Assembly (NCBI RefSeq): GCF_001194135.2 | Contig: NC_068982.1 | Location: forward strand, 165,880,921 to 165,935,191 | Reading direction: 5' to 3' | Source of the DNA: Octopus bimaculoides | Lineage: Eukaryota | Length of the DNA: 54,271 nt | Shown here: piece by piece, positions 50,637-54,271 of the stretch | Position numbering within the stretch: the first letter of the stretch is position 1 | How the letters are laid out: each line of letters begins with the position of its first letter | Notes under the pieces: generated by a model | What the model was told of the DNA's origin: nothing | The model's input: the letters and a program-made list of their open reading frames with translations, nothing else | The model's database searches: none | Translations under genes and position numbers: made by a program

Positions 50637-52108
50637 GCTCTTATCCAATAAATACAAAAGCGTGTTCGGTTATGTCGGGTAAGCTCTCAATAATAATAAA
50701 CTTCTAAAATAATATTGAGAAAAACAAGAAGCATATTAAAAAGAATCAATTATTTTTATTTACCCTTTTGTAGACATGAAGAAGGACAGCTGAAGCCAAT
50801 ATACAAAGAAAGCAAGTTACAGTGGAACTACATCAACAATAAATAAGCAGCAAAAGAATCCACGAAAAAGGAGAATCATGTAGTTTCTCCACGTGTTTCG
50901 GTGTTTCCCCACGCACAAACTCAAATTGCCAAAAGAGTGACGCAAATTTCTCCTCTCTCCTTTTCTTTACACAAACTATACTAATGAGAAGTATTTCCTT
51001 TCAACCATCCCTTTTTACTTCAACCAACTTCTAAAGCCATTGTAACTGGGCTGAGGAAGACTACTTTAGAACTTGTTGATTGCAAGGCACGTCCTGCACG
51101 TGACCACCTCTCTAAAATAAACCCACAAATAAGCAATATACGATATACAGTGAGTACAGTTTCATCACCCTATGAGCATGTCAAAGAACTTCGGTTGCTG
51201 GTACTTCAGTTCTTCTACAGATTGTCCTCTGAAGCACTTGCAGGAGGTGCAGAAATAATCCATAATCCACAGCCTATAAGTGCCCTACAAATGCAGAGCT
51301 TAACTATAATCTCTTCCAGATCATTGTTGTCCACAGTCTCCACAAACTAATCTTCCATAGAAGGCAAAAGTTGACTTTATGCTAAGTGTATTACACAGGT
51401 GATGAAAAATAGTGATCGTTTGGCAACATTCAAATGCCCCACTTTGCGTTCGTTTGACCAGAGACTGAACCTTAATCAAAGAATGAGATGCAGAGAGGCG
51501 TACCCCATGAAAGGCTACGATTATCTGTAAATATATCATCGTTAGCACGTACCTGCACACCATAAGATATGGCATGACGAGACCTTTAGGTGTGGTTGTT
51601 GTCAACAAATATACTTCATTACCAACAGCATCTGTCCTTTTAAACAAGAAGCGAAAGAATATACACTTCAATTTTGGCAGTTGTCCTGTGAGGCAAGTCA
51701 TGACTATATATGCAACACTATTAGCTGCTTCCGTATGGCTTTTCAGCGATATTTTTCTCTTTGACCATTTGCAAGTGAGATTACTTTCCAACATAGTTTT
51801 TCTTCACTAGTGGCCTGCTCCGAATAAGACACCACTTTGCATTTGTCTCCAGGTGCCGAGCTGCAAGCCCGCCAGTTTGTACCGGTAAATACCTGTTGCT
51901 GTTCTCTCCTGGTACTCTTCTAACATCATGCCACGTTTGTCGATTTCCCACGAGCCTGACACCATGACTTCAGATAGCTTCAGCAAACTAGTGCTCGAAG
52001 CAATATGCTCTCTTTGCTTACGGGCAAGAAAGGGAATAGCTCTTCCAATATTTGCTTCCTGAATTTAACACACTTCAGCGAAAGTACGACCACTGCTACC
52101 CAAAATGC

Positions 52109-52148
<40 letters not shown>

Positions 52149-52346
52149 GTTTCAAATTTTGCCACAAGAGCAGCAATTTTGGGAGAGGGGATGAGTCGAT
52201 TACACCGACCCCGGTGTTCAACTGGTACTTAATTAATCGACCGCGAAAGAATGAAAGGCAGTATTTGAACTCAGAACAGAACTGCGAGCGAAATACTGCT
52301 TAGCATTTCTTCCAGTGTGCTAATGGTTCTACCAGCCCGCCGCCTT
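52109..52346 (-). mobile_element. SINE family A with a long (ATT)n tail
   Basis: Head ggcggcgggctggtagaacc, gagttcaaata, the shared core and a tail at 52109-52147. Confidence 0.88.
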
Positions 52347-52496
52347 TTAAAAATTTTTCAGTAGACAGCCACGGGACACGAAAATAATAATAATTATTAT
52401 CCTTTCTACAATAGGTGTTGGTTAGTTTCGTTTTTGTTTCCCCAATATGCGGAGTTCTCGACTGGTAGTACTTGCATATGCAACTTGTTTGCAAAA

Positions 52497-54250
52497 CATC
52501 GCTTTTGTCTGTAGTTGGAAACGTACTTGCCCTCATACTCTTAGAACGTTTAAGTACCTTCATAGTTCCAAATATAATGTCTGAGTCTCAATGTGGTTTT
52601 CGCTCCTCCAGGGGCACAGTTGATTGCATCTTTAGTATCATACAATTTCAGGAAAAGTGCATTGAACAGAATCTTGCCCTATACTATTGCTTTGTTGATT
52701 TAAGCAAGGCATTCGATACTGTTAATCGAAATCCTTAGGAAAATAGGTTACACAGACAAATTTGTGAAGATGATCGGGGATTTGCATCAAAATATGAAGG
52801 CTAGAGTTAATTTTGGTGGTAGGCTCACTGAATGTTTTGCCGTGGAAATGGAGTAAATCAAGGAGATCTTGATGCACCACCCTCTTTGCAATATACTTTG
52901 CTGTTGTGCTGCACTCGATTTTTCAAAACTTTGAGGAGGGTATTTACATAAAATATCGAACAACAGAGAATATTTTTTATCTGACCAGACTGAAATTCAA
53001 AACAAAGGTTTTTACTTCACTCAGTAGGGAACTCTTATACGCTGACGATTGCGATCTAGTCAGTCACTCTGAAACGAGCCTGCAATCTCTTGTATCTGCA
53101 TTTTACACAGCTTGTGATGATTTTGGTTTGACCATCAGCTTGGAAGAAAACAGTTGTAATGGTTCAACCTGCACGTGGTACTGTTTGCAACCCCACTAAA
53201 ATTTTTAAGGATAAGTTACTTGAGGTTGTGACTTTCATTTACCTTGGAAGCTCTGTAGAAAATGATGGAAATTTGGACACAAATTCCAAGGGCAGCACAA
53301 GCATTTGGTGCTTCAGAGTCACGCGTTTGGCGCCTACGACATGTAAATAATAACATAAAATTGGCACTTTACAAATCGTTTGTCTTACCATCCCTGTTGT
53401 ATTCTTCTGAAAAATGGACGTGTTATGAAAGACATTTCAAACTGTTACAACGATTTCACCAAAAGTGCCTTCGCCGCATTAAATAGGGCTTTTTTTTACT
53501 CCAGGCACAGATGTCTTTGCGTCTGCAGGCATCACTTCAATTAAATCAATGACTCTTAAAATCAAATGAGATTGACTGGCCATAGTGTTCGAATGGCGGA
53601 TGAACGCACTCCCAAATAGCTGTTTTATGACGCGCTTGCAGAGTGAAAAATCAATCAGTATAAACCTAAAAAGAGGTTTAAGGACGGCATAAGGTGTACC
53701 ACGAAGTCACTTGGGATGGATCCAAAGGCCATAGAAACCTTTGCTTCGGATCGAGCTGGATGGCGAACAAAAGTGTGGAGTTGAGTGAAAGCCTTTGAGG
53801 AGGGCAGAATAACACATGCAAGAGAGATTTAAAGAATAGTGTTGTGATTTAGGTGAATCTCAGTGACTTTTTTGTGTGCAAAGTTTGTAACAGATCATGA
53901 GTTTCTTTTTCATTTGAAGACCCATGAAAAACAAACCTCTACCAACTAATCTATCTATATATATCTGAGCACACCTTTCAATACTGTGTATGCCATAAGG
54001 TCCAAAATTTTAATGGAGGCCTCAAAAGACATTTTAAGATACACAAAAAACAGAACTTAACTGCAGCTCCCGGTGGTCCAAATCGATTTTGCACTCTGTG
54101 GGTGTCTTTTCAATACATTGTCTAGTTTAAAAAAGCTACATAAGACGCCAGGATGAATCTGAGGTGTAGGTACAAGAAATAGTCAGAATCTGCATAAGGA
54201 GTAGGTAACCACCATGTATGTATGTATGTATGTATATATGTATGTATGTA
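52497..54250 (+). mobile_element. 5'-truncated RTE-clade LINE: RT, C-terminal zinc fingers, 3' UTR and (ATGT)n tail
   Basis: SLLSVVG..ESQCGFRSSRGTVDCIF..FVDLSKAFDTV, GV.QG, ELLYADD, F.YLGS, LLYSSEKW and RFHQKCLRRI; disrupted by stops and frameshifts. Confidence 0.95.
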
Positions 54251-54271
54251 TATATATATATATATATATAT

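Overview
AT-rich eukaryotic DNA from a draft assembly: 13 N-gaps, mostly abutting (TA)n, (CA)n, (GA)n or (TAGA)n microsatellites. The SINE families and repeat landscape look like an octopus (coleoid cephalopod) genome; this is inferred from recalled repeat consensus sequences, not from a search. I found no host protein-coding gene I can support. The long ORFs in the track mostly run through N-gaps or microsatellites, or lie in decayed transposons. The window is intronic or intergenic and packed with TE relics: two RTE-clade LINEs plus a fragment, two R4/Dong-like LINE fragments, a Tc1 5' half, a full-length decayed mariner, a TIR-bounded mariner derivative, about ten tRNA-derived SINE copies and several Penelope-like (PLE) remnants. 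Two observations stand out. (1) A short element with a tRNA/Pol III head, a minimal hammerhead ribozyme (HHR) and a hairpin tail occurs twice, each time with an inverted copy of its own tail at the 5' end, the insertion signature of Penelope-like elements. This suggests a PLE-mobilised, ribozyme-bearing SINE. It sits among seven HHR-like motifs in the window, all degenerate or truncated. (2) A 28S rRNA fragment is fused through a 4-nt microhomology to five perfect TTAGGG repeats and inserted inside an RTE LINE, which looks like telomere-repeat-primed capture of rRNA at a repaired break.
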